From positions 69,340 to 133,339 of the IMG/VR virus record IMGVR_UViG_3300010163_000007: DNA of 64,000 nt. One strand, written 5' to 3'. A program made the position numbers and the translations under genes. Source of the DNA: a virus (lineage: Duplodnaviria > Caudoviricetes). This document shows, one piece after another, positions 9,833 through 20,682 of this stretch (its first letter is position 1; each line of letters starts with the position of its first letter). Under the pieces are notes generated by a model, which saw only the letters and a program-made list of their open reading frames with translations, made no database searches and was not told the DNA's origin.

Positions 9833-11011
9833 ATGCGTGAATATAAGATTATTGCAGCGATTGCAGATATCCATATTGGAGTTAGGCATATTACTGCAAG
9901 TACATTGAAAAAGCAGTTGAAAGAACATTTCTTTGGCGTCCTCAAGAAGATGTCCAGCTTGGATATGATTTGCATTCTGGGAGATGTTCTCCATACCGTA
10001 CTGTCACTGAACTCTGAATACTCCGAGCTATATTTGTGGTTCATTGACAAGGTCTATAAGGTTGCGAAAAGTCATGGGGCGACGGTCATCATCATCAAAG
10101 GTACAAACTCCCATGATAATGACCAGCTCCAAAACATCCGATCCTATATAAACAATGATGATGGCGTGGATTTCAGAATCTATGAAACTGTTGAGGAAAT
10201 TACCATATGGGGGAACTATAAGGTGCTGGTTCTCCCGGATATTCAGGTAAAAAAGAACAGCGAAATTGATAAATATTTAACCGGGGATAAGAAATATGAT
10301 CTAATTCTTGGACATGGACTAATCGATCGAATGCGGTATTTTATCCAAGACTCAGAAGCCATGCCAACCCATGTGTATGAGTATAATGTAGAGCGGTTAA
10401 TTGATTCATCAAAAGGTCCGGTGCTGTTTGGGCACATTCATCAATATCAATGCATTTTGGACCAATTTTGGTATGTTGGGCCATTTACACTCTTAGAGCG
10501 GGGCGGCATTGACGCAGGATTCGCCGTGTGCGGAATCTATGACAAAGACCGCACCAAGTTTAGAGTAGAGCATTATATAAATCCAGATTCTGCAACCTAC
10601 TATGAACTTAAGATCTCCAAGAAATTGTTGGAATCATATCCAATCGATGATATCATAGAGGCTATTGACGAAATACTTGAGGATTCCAAGCCGAATGACT
10701 TAATCTCAATGAAGATTACTCGAGGCAATACTTTAGAGGACTCCGATAAAGTCGCGCTTCTTGAGTCCAGATATCGAAAGGATAATCGGATTAGTATTGT
10801 TAAGAAGATTAAAACTGCACGGGAGGAAGAGGCAGAAAAAGAAAATTTGAAACGTAAAGAAAAATTTTCTTATCTGCTGGACGACAATCTTCCGCTATCT
10901 ACAATCTACTATAAGTACTACACAGATGAAGTTGTTCCTACCTTGCCTGACAAATTTAGTCCAGTTGCTACATTAACATTGGAGCAATTTAAAGAAGTGT
11001 TTGGTGAATAA
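9833..11011 (+). CDS. SbcD/Mre11-like metallophosphoesterase nuclease
   Basis: ADIHIG, LGDVLH, GTNSHD, LGHG, FGHIH, YVG motifs. Confidence 0.85.
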   Translation: MREYKIIAAIADIHIGVRHITASTLKKQLKEHFFGVLKKMSSLDMICILGDVLHTVLSLNSEYSELYLWFIDKVYKVAKSHGATVIIIKGTNSHDNDQLQNIRSYINNDDGVDFRIYETVEEITIWGNYKVLVLPDIQVKKNSEIDKYLTGDKKYDLILGHGLIDRMRYFIQDSEAMPTHVYEYNVERLIDSSKGPVLFGHIHQYQCILDQFWYVGPFTLLERGGIDAGFAVCGIYDKDRTKFRVEHYINPDSATYYELKISKKLLESYPIDDIIEAIDEILEDSKPNDLISMKITRGNTLEDSDKVALLESRYRKDNRISIVKKIKTAREEEAEKENLKRKEKFSYLLDDNLPLSTIYYKYYTDEVVPTLPDKFSPVATLTLEQFKEVFGE

Positions 11012-11013
11012 AA

Positions 11014-11050
11014 GAAATACCCGCGGGGAGTATTCCCCGCGGGTATTTTC
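11014..11050. terminator. Bidirectional terminator
   Basis: AAATACCCGCGGGGA...TCCCCGCGGGTATTT between convergent genes. Confidence 0.8.
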
Positions 11051-11081
11051 CTTGCCCAACTATAGGCTTGCCCTGCACGTG

Positions 11082-12788
11082 CTATTTGTCAGTGATGTGC
11101 CCTTGAAGCTTCAACTGAAGCCGCTCCTGCATTTCCGTGATATCGGGATGCGACGCGTATATCCGCACGAAGATCTCCGGATCGTCCAGTACCTTGGCGA
11201 TCAACTCCGCATCATCTCTGGTCAGCAGGATATAGTTGCTCAGGTTGCCGAGATGCTGCAGCTGCGTATTGTTGAGGTGAAGTTTACCAAAGTATTCCAT
11301 TAGCCAGGGGAACCGCATTTCCTTAGTGCTGCGGTACACAATGTGCCTATCAGAATCAATCCACAGCGCAGGGTTGCGCGAGTCCTTCTTGTCCGCTCCT
11401 ATAAGCTCCTCTCCAATAGAGATGGTGTCTTGAACCATTGTCTGAAGCCCCTTCACATACTTCGCGTATGCGTTTGCGGCAATGTGGTCCAGCGGCCGGC
11501 CAGCGGTGGTATCTCGGTAGAGTGCATCCATAATCATATCCCCTATGAGTCGCTGGCTACTAAGATAAACAACATTGACATCCAGGTCATGGGTCATGAT
11601 AAAATCTTCGATTGCAGCATGATGTTGGCAGATAAAGTCGGTAGGAGTATCTGAATACTGCTGATGTGCTGCCTCCGGATTATCGCAGAAGCTATCCACA
11701 GTTACCCAGAACGCGTCATAGTCGTTACTGCATCCATATTGAGGTTTCCGCAGTTTCTTTGGGCAACGAAAATCAGCCCAGCGATCATATTCTTTGTATT
11801 CGATGTCGCGATAATAATCGCCTATAAATCGTCTATCAGGCAAGGGAAGCCAGATAGTAACATCATCGCAGTGGAGAAGTTTCATACTGGCCAGAGCGCT
11901 CTGCACAAGCGGGATAAGCACAACGGCCTTTGCGTAACCAGTGCGGGCGGCTGTAACTCTTGCTTTAGCTGTACTGTAATGGATGAGCTCATGCAGGTAC
12001 TTGAGATCATCGATTGGCTCCATCCGGCAATCTTCCAGTATGATCCGACTATCCGCTTGCATGGAGGCATAGCATTTCGGCCCAATCATACCAGGGGCAA
12101 CGAAGATCACCGCTGTAGTGGTATCGAGTGCGAACGTACTCTCGACGTCACCGATACGCATTTCCTCGACCTTCACCTTTGGCTTCTCATCTTCTGCATT
12201 CTCAGAGCTGGGATCAGGGTTGTTAGTTTCCATGTCTTCTTCGTCTTCATCCGAAGAGTCGTCTGAATTGACGGCTCCGCTTGAAAAGACGCCTTCTATC
12301 GCCATGTAGTTAGTTTCGATCACCTGGATGATATCATCTGGTTTGTCTACCAAAGCTATGCGCATAGCGTTATCGGGGTCGAGTTCAAAGCAGTCGTCTA
12401 ATGTATCCGGAAGCAAGAAGTTGCGATCAAGGATGCCGAAGCGAGGAGAGGCATTGACCAGTACCTTGTCCCACCACTCTTTGTCTACTGGAACCAGAAC
12501 AACTACGCATTGACGGCTAATTGTGTTGAATCGTTTTTTGAGATCATCTTTCAGATAGGCGAATTCCTCGCCATTCGTCTGATAGGTTGGGTAGGCTATG
12601 AAGTCCTTGTCGCCATAGACGATTATCTGAATGTTCTCGTTCAGCCAGTGGGAGCGGAGGCGTCTATCAGAGAAATAGCACGGACCCTCCTGACTCAGGA
12701 CGGGGACGACGTTTACCCAGTCGAATATCTCGGCCGGGTTGGGCAGCATTGCGTTTTCATTTTCGCCAACTACGAAGTACGATTGCAT
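11082..12788 (-). CDS. Hypothetical early protein (568 aa, acidic linker)
   Basis: Long ORF, AAGGAG RBS, upstream TATATACTATA motif at 12841-12851. Confidence 0.75.
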   Translation of the reverse strand: MQSYFVVGENENAMLPNPAEIFDWVNVVPVLSQEGPCYFSDRRLRSHWLNENIQIIVYGDKDFIAYPTYQTNGEEFAYLKDDLKKRFNTISRQCVVVLVPVDKEWWDKVLVNASPRFGILDRNFLLPDTLDDCFELDPDNAMRIALVDKPDDIIQVIETNYMAIEGVFSSGAVNSDDSSDEDEEDMETNNPDPSSENAEDEKPKVKVEEMRIGDVESTFALDTTTAVIFVAPGMIGPKCYASMQADSRIILEDCRMEPIDDLKYLHELIHYSTAKARVTAARTGYAKAVVLIPLVQSALASMKLLHCDDVTIWLPLPDRRFIGDYYRDIEYKEYDRWADFRCPKKLRKPQYGCSNDYDAFWVTVDSFCDNPEAAHQQYSDTPTDFICQHHAAIEDFIMTHDLDVNVVYLSSQRLIGDMIMDALYRDTTAGRPLDHIAANAYAKYVKGLQTMVQDTISIGEELIGADKKDSRNPALWIDSDRHIVYRSTKEMRFPWLMEYFGKLHLNNTQLQHLGNLSNYILLTRDDAELIAKVLDDPEIFVRIYASHPDITEMQERLQLKLQGHITDK

Positions 12789-12939
12789 AATACATTCTCC
12801 TTTTCTTTGAATATGTTTATAGGTACCCGAGTTACGCTGTTATAGTATATACGTGATTTCTAATTGTTTCATCAGTATTCTAATGTGAGTTTTACCTTAA
12901 CGGTACTATAATTACTGGCCTGCGGAGGGAATATTGTTC

Positions 12940-14751
12940 ATGGGCACCGATTATATGAAATTGCTTAAGAAAGCAGATAAACTCCCAGTGAGCGATGATT
13001 TGGATACCTTGGATCTCTACTGCGAATATCTGCTGAACTATGATAACAAAACAATTAACTACTCCAACCTGACAAACCTGAAAGAGTATTTTGCCCGCAT
13101 CGGAGATGATATGTTTAAGCAAAATGAATCGAAGATGGCAAGGTACTTTTTCATTACTTATTACCTTGAGGCCAAACTTGACAAGGGTGTAGCTTCGCAT
13201 AAGATCTGTACACAGTATGTAATGAGCAGAGTATCAAAGCGCTATGGGGCGATTATCAAGCGCGAGATCCTTGAGTCGATTGAGCCGAATCGTCTTAGTA
13301 AGAAAGATATTGAGTTTATCAACTCGATTATTTTCTGTCAGCTGAATACGATCTTTATGCATGAGTATAAACCTGCGCTGATGCGGCTGGTAGAAGATCT
13401 TAACATCAATGAGTTCGGAAAAGATATGGATAACGTCGAAAGTGCTATCTCGATGTTCCAGAGTATCTTAAGCGAGCTCACGAAGGTGCAGCGCCGCTCC
13501 AAGAAGGAGAATCGCTTCAACCTTACGGATGTGGATCATTTTAATGCTATGATGATGGAGGCGATTGATCGCTCTCTATCGGATTCGCACTATTGGCAGA
13601 CCGGATGGCAAGGGTTGAATAAAATGTTGGCCGGCGGATTTGAAGATGCCCGCGTCTATAACTTTATTGGAGCTACTGGTGGTTTCAAGTCCGGATTGCT
13701 TCTAAACCTTATGAAACAGATTAAGTTGTATAATAAGAGTCGCCCGCATAAGGATCCGACGAAGCGTCCCACCGTCCTGTTCCTATCTCAGGAGAATAAT
13801 ATTTGGGAAACGTTCCTGCGTATCTGGGCAATTTTTGGAACTATTGAGAACATTAAGAACTTTAAGCCAAAGGATATCATGGAGATTCTGAAGAAGGGTG
13901 GGTTTTGTTCTGTTCAAGATGATCTAGATATTGACATTGAGTTCCGATACTATGGGAATATGGACATCGGTGTTCCAGATATTAGGGGTATTGTTGAAGA
14001 ATTGGATAACTCTGGCCGAGAGGTCATTATCATTCTACAGGATTATATTGAACGGCTGCGTCCTCCGTTCATGGGTACAGACAAGCGGCATCAGCAGTTG
14101 TCGGATGTTTCCAACCAGCTGCATGATCTAGCAATCGAATTGGATATCCCAATCATTACTGCATCTCAGTTTAACAAGGAGGGTGTTAATATTATCGAAG
14201 AGTCAAGGGAGAGAGGGAATTCTGATATCGGTAAGAGAGTAGGAAGCGGCAACATATCAGAGTCGTTTGGCATGCTTAAGAACTTTGATATGAATATAGG
14301 CATAGTAATAGAGTACGATCCGAGAGAGCAGCGATTTTATTTATCGTTCCGAAAGTTGAAATGGCGCGGCGACGATTCGAACACGATTGACTACTTCCTG
14401 CAGCCATTTATGTATAAAAACAGCAAGATACGGCTACAGGACGATATCTATACCGAGCCGGTATACCGATTGAGTATGATTGATGAGATTGCAGCAGATA
14501 TTCATGAAGACATCAACGAGATCAAAGAGATTACAAGAAGGACGAGAAACTTCCTCGAGCCCATCAATGATCCGGACGAACAGATCGCATCCGATTTTAT
14601 CGACCAAATGGTTACTGATATTGATAACTCTGCGGCAGTTGAGGATAATCAGATTCGGGATGAAGATGGTTATATTATTCTGGTTCCCATTAGCAAAATT
14701 GCATCAAGCTTGGAGGCAGTTGGGATAAAATCCCATACCTCTAGTACTTAA
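12940..14751 (+). CDS. DnaB-like (SF4) replicative helicase, jumbo-phage type
   Basis: TGWQGLNKML, GATGGFKS (Walker A), FLSQEN, QDYIERL, PIITASQFN, ISES. Confidence 0.9.
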   Translation: MGTDYMKLLKKADKLPVSDDLDTLDLYCEYLLNYDNKTINYSNLTNLKEYFARIGDDMFKQNESKMARYFFITYYLEAKLDKGVASHKICTQYVMSRVSKRYGAIIKREILESIEPNRLSKKDIEFINSIIFCQLNTIFMHEYKPALMRLVEDLNINEFGKDMDNVESAISMFQSILSELTKVQRRSKKENRFNLTDVDHFNAMMMEAIDRSLSDSHYWQTGWQGLNKMLAGGFEDARVYNFIGATGGFKSGLLLNLMKQIKLYNKSRPHKDPTKRPTVLFLSQENNIWETFLRIWAIFGTIENIKNFKPKDIMEILKKGGFCSVQDDLDIDIEFRYYGNMDIGVPDIRGIVEELDNSGREVIIILQDYIERLRPPFMGTDKRHQQLSDVSNQLHDLAIELDIPIITASQFNKEGVNIIEESRERGNSDIGKRVGSGNISESFGMLKNFDMNIGIVIEYDPREQRFYLSFRKLKWRGDDSNTIDYFLQPFMYKNSKIRLQDDIYTEPVYRLSMIDEIAADIHEDINEIKEITRRTRNFLEPINDPDEQIASDFIDQMVTDIDNSAAVEDNQIRDEDGYIILVPISKIASSLEAVGIKSHTSST

Positions 14752-14765
14752 GGAGGATATCTATT

Positions 14766-15395
14766 ATGAGTGATAATGTGATTAACCCAATCGATGCAAA
14801 AGCGAAGGCTACTGCGCCACAGACCGCCGAGCGGGAGCACAAGCATCCGCAGGTCGACCTCGAGAAGGTTACCTTTTACGAGATTGACAAAAGTGATAGA
14901 GATGACCATGTTCTCACTGAGGAGGAGATGGCCAAAAATGACGAATTCCTGCAGAAGCACTTAATTCCCGAGTTGACCAAGCGGGCTAAGATATGCGACT
15001 GCCGCATGCAGCAGGTCATCGAGAAGAACATCCGGAAAGCCCAGCTGATGAATATGGATCCCCGGCAGCTGCATGTCACGCTTGACCAGAGCGATATTGA
15101 CGCCTGCAACTTCGGAGTCATTGTTACATCTGTTGATGGAGTCTATGACGGAATCGCTTGTATCACTGTTGAATGCGCGGAGTGCCGTAAGCTCGATATA
15201 TATGGCGATGGTAGCATTATCACAACGCTACTCGCGAAGGACCTGTATAGAACCTACCACAGCGGTGCTCAGTCTGAATTATCCACAGCCGAGGATGGGG
15301 TGTCTCTGGAGGATCTCTACAATTCCGAAGATACCATCTTTGAGGATCTGCCGGACGATGTTCCGCCGGCCGATAGCGGGCCCGATCAGGAATAA
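14766..15395 (+). CDS. Hypothetical protein, possible Zn-binding (CDC...CAEC)
   Basis: AAGGAGG RBS; Cys pairs; acidic C-terminal tail. Confidence 0.7.
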   Translation: MSDNVINPIDAKAKATAPQTAEREHKHPQVDLEKVTFYEIDKSDRDDHVLTEEEMAKNDEFLQKHLIPELTKRAKICDCRMQQVIEKNIRKAQLMNMDPRQLHVTLDQSDIDACNFGVIVTSVDGVYDGIACITVECAECRKLDIYGDGSIITTLLAKDLYRTYHSGAQSELSTAEDGVSLEDLYNSEDTIFEDLPDDVPPADSGPDQE

Positions 15396-15402
15396 CCGGA
15401 TA

Positions 15403-15442
15403 AATATAAGGGAGCCTCTCCAACCGAGGCTCCCTTATATTT
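15403..15442. terminator. Bidirectional terminator
   Basis: AATATAAGGGAGCCTC...GAGGCTCCCTTATATT. Confidence 0.8.
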
Positions 15443-15860
15443 AACTAAGCTTAGTCAGGTATTCATTCCAATTTGCGCTCAATGCGTCGTTTGAGCGAGT
15501 GACAACCGTGTCATACAACTGTGACAGCATGTCAGATGGAACCAGTTTAATCGTCGATTTGATCGTAAATTTAGAGGGGCATTCACGATCATTTAACATC
15601 AGGATTAGCCATGAGAGTTCAGGCGTTCCATAGACATCGTAGCTCAGTAGCCGCGGCTTATACCTATAGTATTGGCGATATTTTGGGGCAACATTGTAGA
15701 CTGCAACATAATCGCTGACATATCTCCGATAAATTTGGAACAGCGTAGTGTCTTGAATAATCAAGTCGTTATCATCGGTCATTGTGAAGAAGGTGATCTT
15801 GTTTAGATCATAGCGGTCTTGGCGATTAAGAAGATCATCCAGTGTCTTTATATCCGGCAT
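15441..15860 (-). CDS. Baseplate wedge protein, T4 gp53-like (LysM-like)
   Basis: YRYKPRLLSYDVYGTPELSWLILMLN signature; start reassigned to MPDIK after GAGGTG RBS. Confidence 0.75.
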   Translation of the reverse strand: MPDIKTLDDLLNRQDRYDLNKITFFTMTDDNDLIIQDTTLFQIYRRYVSDYVAVYNVAPKYRQYYRYKPRLLSYDVYGTPELSWLILMLNDRECPSKFTIKSTIKLVPSDMLSQLYDTVVTRSNDALSANWNEYLTKLS

Positions 15861-15870
15861 AGAGTTCACC

Positions 15871-16230
15871 TCACATGTATAGCAGATAGCCCTCTTCCAA
15901 TCTCCCGGTTGGAGTAAATAGGAGGAAGGGCGTATCCTTGTTGAAATATACTGGGCATTGAGTTCCTCGCAATAAAGGCAGCGTAATGTAATGCGTGACC
16001 TCAACTGACGTGTCGTTTATAGGGAAATTGCTGTTTGCACAATAGTTCGAAGAGATTCCAATCATCTCAAATTTATCATCACGGGGAATAGTTGGCGTAT
16101 ACTCTGGGATGTTGATATCCACATAGTTTGTTAGGCGGGGATGCTTCAAATCATAATCCCGTGCGGCATATACCTTCATTACCTGTTTATCGGTAGTTTT
16201 AATTGTATTGACTTTCAAAGTGTTCACCAC
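15871..16230 (-). CDS. Hypothetical baseplate-associated protein
   Basis: 119-aa ORF co-oriented with the gp53-like gene; late motif AACA-TCCG-TATA at 16235-16246. Confidence 0.55.
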   Translation of the reverse strand: MVNTLKVNTIKTTDKQVMKVYAARDYDLKHPRLTNYVDINIPEYTPTIPRDDKFEMIGISSNYCANSNFPINDTSVEVTHYITLPLLRGTQCPVYFNKDTPFLLFTPTGRLEEGYLLYM

Positions 16231-16271
16231 CCATTATACGGATGTTTTGCATCTTGTTAGGAGGAGAGGAT

Positions 16272-16670
16272 ATGATACTTGATCGGTTAAAGGGGCCCAA
16301 CACTATTTGGCGGGAGAAATGGAAACCTGACGAACAGGCACTGATTCCGTTAACTTCCGATAACATGACTAACAATGATAGAGCGCAAGCTTTACTGCTC
16401 ACTATTATTCAGCGGGTTACGGCCATTGATGTAAACTCAGTACCCCTATACGAGATTGCAGATATTATGGAGCTTTTGGCATGGCTTCATTATTACACAT
16501 TAAAGGACCCGTCCATTATTGTTCCGCACGTTCCGAACTTATTGCGCACGCTTATTAACGCGATGAAATATTTGCAGACTACAGACGGCACATATAATAC
16601 ACTTAAATGGCCAGTCGATACTACAGGGAGTGAAAGTAATGGCAAAGAAGAAAGCGCAGGCAACAAATGA
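16272..16670 (+). CDS. Hypothetical protein
   Basis: GGAGGAGAGG RBS, 132 aa. Confidence 0.6.
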   Translation: MILDRLKGPNTIWREKWKPDEQALIPLTSDNMTNNDRAQALLLTIIQRVTAIDVNSVPLYEIADIMELLAWLHYYTLKDPSIIVPHVPNLLRTLINAMKYLQTTDGTYNTLKWPVDTTGSESNGKEESAGNK

Positions 16671-17979
16671 TACGCTTCTTTTAACTACTTCTCATATTTA
16701 CTATGATGATTTGACCAAGGATCAGAAAGGTGCAGTAGACCGATTTGATGATTGGTACCATAGCCGGAAATCGAAGAAATCTGATATGATCTTCCGTCTC
16801 GGCGGCGTAAGCGGTACTGGTAAATCATTCCTGATCCGCTATCTAATCGAGCGGTATAAATTTAACGCTAACCAATGTTATGTAGTAGCATATACTGGGC
16901 AAGCAGTTAACGTACTTCGACGGTCAGGGATAATCGCAAAAACGATACATTCCACTTTTATGAAGGTGAAGGATGTTCCGTTGATGCAAAATGGCCGTCC
17001 AGTATACCGCAGAGGAATACCTATCACGCGGATGAAATTCACCCCAATCAAAAAGCTTTCCTCTGAAGTTAAACTGATCATTTGCGATGAGGCATCCTTT
17101 CTTCCAGAAGACTTAGAGAATATGATGCTAAACTATAACGTTCCGATTCTCGAGACTGGCGATCCAATTCAGCTTCCTCCAGTGACAGGTAAACAATGCT
17201 TTCATATGGAGAATCTGGACTGGTTTATGACAGACATCATGCGGCAGGCTATTGATTCGGAAATTGTACGTCTTAGTACTGCGATACGCCGGTATGATCC
17301 AATTGATAGTCGAACCTACGGCAGAGATGTGAAATTCCTCTGGGCACAAGAGGATTTGGAGTGCACGTTTAGCCGCTTTAAACCATTGATCCGTGGATGC
17401 GACCTGATTATGACATTAAAGAACAAGGATCGCAGAATACTGATAGACTTGTACCGAGAGAAGATTGTTAAAACAAAGAGCCCGTTTCCGGTAAAGGGAG
17501 AGAAACTAATCTGCCGTCAAAATGACTGGAATCTTCAGTTAGGGCCATATCCCCTCACCAACGGCACACAGGGATATGCGGTTCATACCGTAGGCAAGTC
17601 GGAAGTCGATTCTGTCAGTAAGTCGTTCTTTCTGGATTTCCGCCCGGTATTTCTAGATGATGAGTATTTTGATGGGCTACTATGTGATTCGGAGTTTATT
17701 CGCCGCCCGTATGGGGATAAGGATGCCGAAGAAGCGTGCCGGTATAACCCGGGTAAGAAATTTGAATTTGGACATGTGATTACAGTTCATAGCGCGCAGG
17801 GTTCCAGCGGTAAAACTGTAATGTTCTTTGATGCATTCCAACGCGATGCTGAGTATCACATGCGAGTTCGATATACGGCTATAACCCGGGCCGAAGAGAC
17901 ACTATATTACGTTCTTCCACGCAGTGAGCGGTATCCCGGCTGGACCGACCTGTGGAAGGGTGGATTTCGACCAAATTAA
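16639..17979 (+). CDS. SF1B (Dda/RecD-like) DNA helicase
   Basis: GVSGTGKS, AYTGQAV, TIHS, ICDEAS, GDPIQLPPV, MRQ, ITVHSAQGS, YTAITRA. Confidence 0.9.
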   Translation: MAKKKAQATNDTLLLTTSHIYYDDLTKDQKGAVDRFDDWYHSRKSKKSDMIFRLGGVSGTGKSFLIRYLIERYKFNANQCYVVAYTGQAVNVLRRSGIIAKTIHSTFMKVKDVPLMQNGRPVYRRGIPITRMKFTPIKKLSSEVKLIICDEASFLPEDLENMMLNYNVPILETGDPIQLPPVTGKQCFHMENLDWFMTDIMRQAIDSEIVRLSTAIRRYDPIDSRTYGRDVKFLWAQEDLECTFSRFKPLIRGCDLIMTLKNKDRRILIDLYREKIVKTKSPFPVKGEKLICRQNDWNLQLGPYPLTNGTQGYAVHTVGKSEVDSVSKSFFLDFRPVFLDDEYFDGLLCDSEFIRRPYGDKDAEEACRYNPGKKFEFGHVITVHSAQGSSGKTVMFFDAFQRDAEYHMRVRYTAITRAEETLYYVLPRSERYPGWTDLWKGGFRPN

Positions 17980-17994
17980 TAGGAGGGTACTACT

Positions 17995-18519
17995 ATGACT
18001 GATAGATTGCCAAAGGATTTTTATTATCTGCAAGTTGCGGAAGCCGTCGCCCGGCGCAGCACCTGCATGCGTAAGCATTGGGGTGCTATCATCGTTAAGG
18101 ATGATTCCATTATCAGCACCGGGTACAATGGCGCGCCGAGAGGTACGCCAAACTGTTGCGATACTGGATACTGCCCACGCATGGAGAATAACGTGCCTCG
18201 AGGCACCTCCTATGCGACATGTACGTCGGTGCATGCAGAAGCAAATGCGATCATCTTTGCCCCTCGGGAGGAGATGCTGCATTCAACGTTATATATCTAT
18301 GGATATGATGTTGTGAACCGGGAGATTGTGAAGAGGCCCGATAGTTGCTGTATGTGCAAGCGGATGATAATTAACGCGGGTATCGATCAAGTCTGTCTTG
18401 CAGACCCCGATGTTGGTATCCCGTTCACCCTGAGACACCTTCCCTACAACGCGCGATTTGTTAACGTATCCGATTGGATAGAGCATCCAGATTGCCTTCG
18501 GGATAACAGTGGATATTGA
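17995..18519 (+). CDS. dCMP deaminase
   Basis: RSTC, GAIIV, TGYNGAP, VHAEANAI, CCMCKRMIINAGI. Confidence 0.92.
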   Translation: MTDRLPKDFYYLQVAEAVARRSTCMRKHWGAIIVKDDSIISTGYNGAPRGTPNCCDTGYCPRMENNVPRGTSYATCTSVHAEANAIIFAPREEMLHSTLYIYGYDVVNREIVKRPDSCCMCKRMIINAGIDQVCLADPDVGIPFTLRHLPYNARFVNVSDWIEHPDCLRDNSGY

Positions 18520-18627
18520 TGGAATTGCCGCTTAAATGGAAATAGACTCTCCGTAAGGTATGATAAACTCATGCCGGTTGCCTGAACAACAAACCTATAT
18601 TATGACAGTACGAAAGGAGAGTTAGCT

Positions 18628-19218
18628 ATGTCTATGCTCGATCTCGCATTAAACAGTGTCAAGACTAAGGGGTGGCTTTCACTTGCTACCCTATTTTTTG
18701 ACAATGGCTATACGGTATCTGTGTTCAACACGCTCGGCGCTATAGCATATTCCCCCAGCGAGGATGCATTTTTCTCCATAAATTCATTGGACTCCACCAA
18801 TACAGTTCAGATCCAAACATGGTTCGCCATTACGGGGGATCGCTACTATGTGGGCCAGCAGCAGATTCTGACAGTTATTGCAAGCGAACATCTTCAGCAC
18901 GTGAGCTTTGCCACGTATGCGCATGCACGTTTCTTTAACGAGCCAGAAGACGGTGGCGAAATAACTTTGCATGGGCCGGTAATTCCAACGGTAGCTGAGC
19001 TTGATGCACTGACCCCAGATCCACAGACGGGGCTGTATGATGGGCAGGATACGGCATGCCGCATGTCTGGGGAAAAAGTTTCCACAATTCCATTGTACCC
19101 TGATCATACGAAGTACTATAGCGGTGCGATTATTACTAACTGGAAGAAATTCTACAAGGCGCATAAAGCGTTCCTTGGGTTTGTTCAGGATGTTACTGGG
19201 TGCGGGGATGCATTTTAA
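18628..19218 (+). CDS. Hypothetical protein (late promoter)
   Basis: AAAGGAG RBS; AACA-AACC-TATA at 18588-18599. Confidence 0.7.
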   Translation: MSMLDLALNSVKTKGWLSLATLFFDNGYTVSVFNTLGAIAYSPSEDAFFSINSLDSTNTVQIQTWFAITGDRYYVGQQQILTVIASEHLQHVSFATYAHARFFNEPEDGGEITLHGPVIPTVAELDALTPDPQTGLYDGQDTACRMSGEKVSTIPLYPDHTKYYSGAIITNWKKFYKAHKAFLGFVQDVTGCGDAF

Positions 19219-19423
19219 AACGAATGCGTTAACAGGTTAATACAGGCTCATCGGGTTTGGTCTGTCGGTATAGTAGTACATCAAATTATGCGCAAGCTGG
19301 TTTGAGGTATATATTATACTGGTGACTGGAAGGGTGCAGTAATATCGCTCATGATTACTGCACCGTTTCGTCATTCAAACTGTTGGCGCCAGCAGTTCGA
19401 AGATATTTAAAGGAGGTTGCGTT

Positions 19424-20119
19424 ATGGGCAAGAGCAAAAAGAAGAAGAGCAAGAAACAGCGAGCGCGCGATTATTACGATTTCGCGTACCACAACAAGAG
19501 TGACCGGTCCTACTATGACTATCACAAGAAGAGCAAAAACAAGAAGGGCAAGACCGTCCAGTATGAGCACCCCAGCAAGATGCTGAAGGATGTCAAGCTC
19601 TCCGTGAGCAAGAAGGAGATCAAGGAGGCCGAGAAGACGGTCAGATCTCCGGTGGAGGTTCCGAAAACCTTCAAGAAACACCGGGAGCACTGCAATCATG
19701 CCGGAAAGTTAATCTCCCCCGCTGAGTTCAAGGAGATGACCCCGGCCTATGCGGCGTATACGCCGCTGCTGGACGCGGCGATTGCCAAAGCTGGCGAGAG
19801 CAACATCTCTGTGTGCAAGTCCTGTTACGACATTCTGGTCAATCCTACACTGATTGATGCCGATACCATGAAGGACGCGATCGTGAGCCTGTATCTCGGG
19901 GCGAACATTGTGCTGGCGCATGACCGGATGAAGAAGGATGAGATCAAGGAGATCGCAAAGCTGCGCGATAGCTTGACCGAATGGGGTCAGGTTATCGAGA
20001 CGATGCGGAAGCTGACGGAGTCTGGCGCATTGGATTCGTCGGCCGTGGGCGGCTCGACCCTCACCCCGGAGGAATTGGCCAAGTTGTCTCGAGCAGATAC
20101 GGTTCAGCATACCACATGA
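19424..20119 (+). CDS. Lys-rich early protein with possible Zn site (HCNH...CKSC)
   Basis: Early motif at 19308-19318, AAGGAGG RBS, strong codon bias, terminator at 20130-20165. Confidence 0.75.
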   Translation: MGKSKKKKSKKQRARDYYDFAYHNKSDRSYYDYHKKSKNKKGKTVQYEHPSKMLKDVKLSVSKKEIKEAEKTVRSPVEVPKTFKKHREHCNHAGKLISPAEFKEMTPAYAAYTPLLDAAIAKAGESNISVCKSCYDILVNPTLIDADTMKDAIVSLYLGANIVLAHDRMKKDEIKEIAKLRDSLTEWGQVIETMRKLTESGALDSSAVGGSTLTPEELAKLSRADTVQHTT

Positions 20120-20182
20120 TCCAAACCTGACAGACCTGGGGAAATCCCCAGGTCTGTTATTTTTTGTAAGGGTGATGACATA

Positions 20183-20623
20183 GTGATTGACGTTGTGCGT
20201 TTTTATCAAACTTTTTACCATGATAGACGGAAGCTCCCCTTTGTAGATTTAGTAACATTATCGTTGAAAGTATCGTCTTTATGGGCCACGCAGAAGATCC
20301 TCGATTATCTGATACCATCCACCACGCTCTATCCACTGCTCTATGACGAGTCCAAGAATACTGTTATCGATTGCAACACCCCAGACGAGAATGCGGAATA
20401 TGACTATATTGTGCTTTGCACCTCGCCTATTTCTTCACGTCTCAAAGTAGGTGCAATTGCGAAGAGCTTGCGATTAGGACCATTCAGACGATTTGAAATT
20501 CAACCAGAACCATTACCGTGGACCAATCCATCCAACACTGATAACCAACTTGTTCATGTTATTCAAACAATCCGGGCGATAGCATTAACAAATTTCGCTG
20601 ACATCGACACTCTACTCGGATAG
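20183..20623 (+). CDS. Hypothetical protein
   Basis: 146-aa ORF filling the gap before the topoisomerase gene. Confidence 0.55.
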   Translation: MIDVVRFYQTFYHDRRKLPFVDLVTLSLKVSSLWATQKILDYLIPSTTLYPLLYDESKNTVIDCNTPDENAEYDYIVLCTSPISSRLKVGAIAKSLRLGPFRRFEIQPEPLPWTNPSNTDNQLVHVIQTIRAIALTNFADIDTLLG

Positions 20624-20682
20624 CATCTGTATTTTATGAAGATAGAATAGACAGCTATATATTATACCGCTGAAAGGAGGAG

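Noticed and set aside
11082-12788. Possible chimallin (nuclear shell), based on size and early promoter
   Set aside because: No recognisable sequence similarity; would need a structural search.
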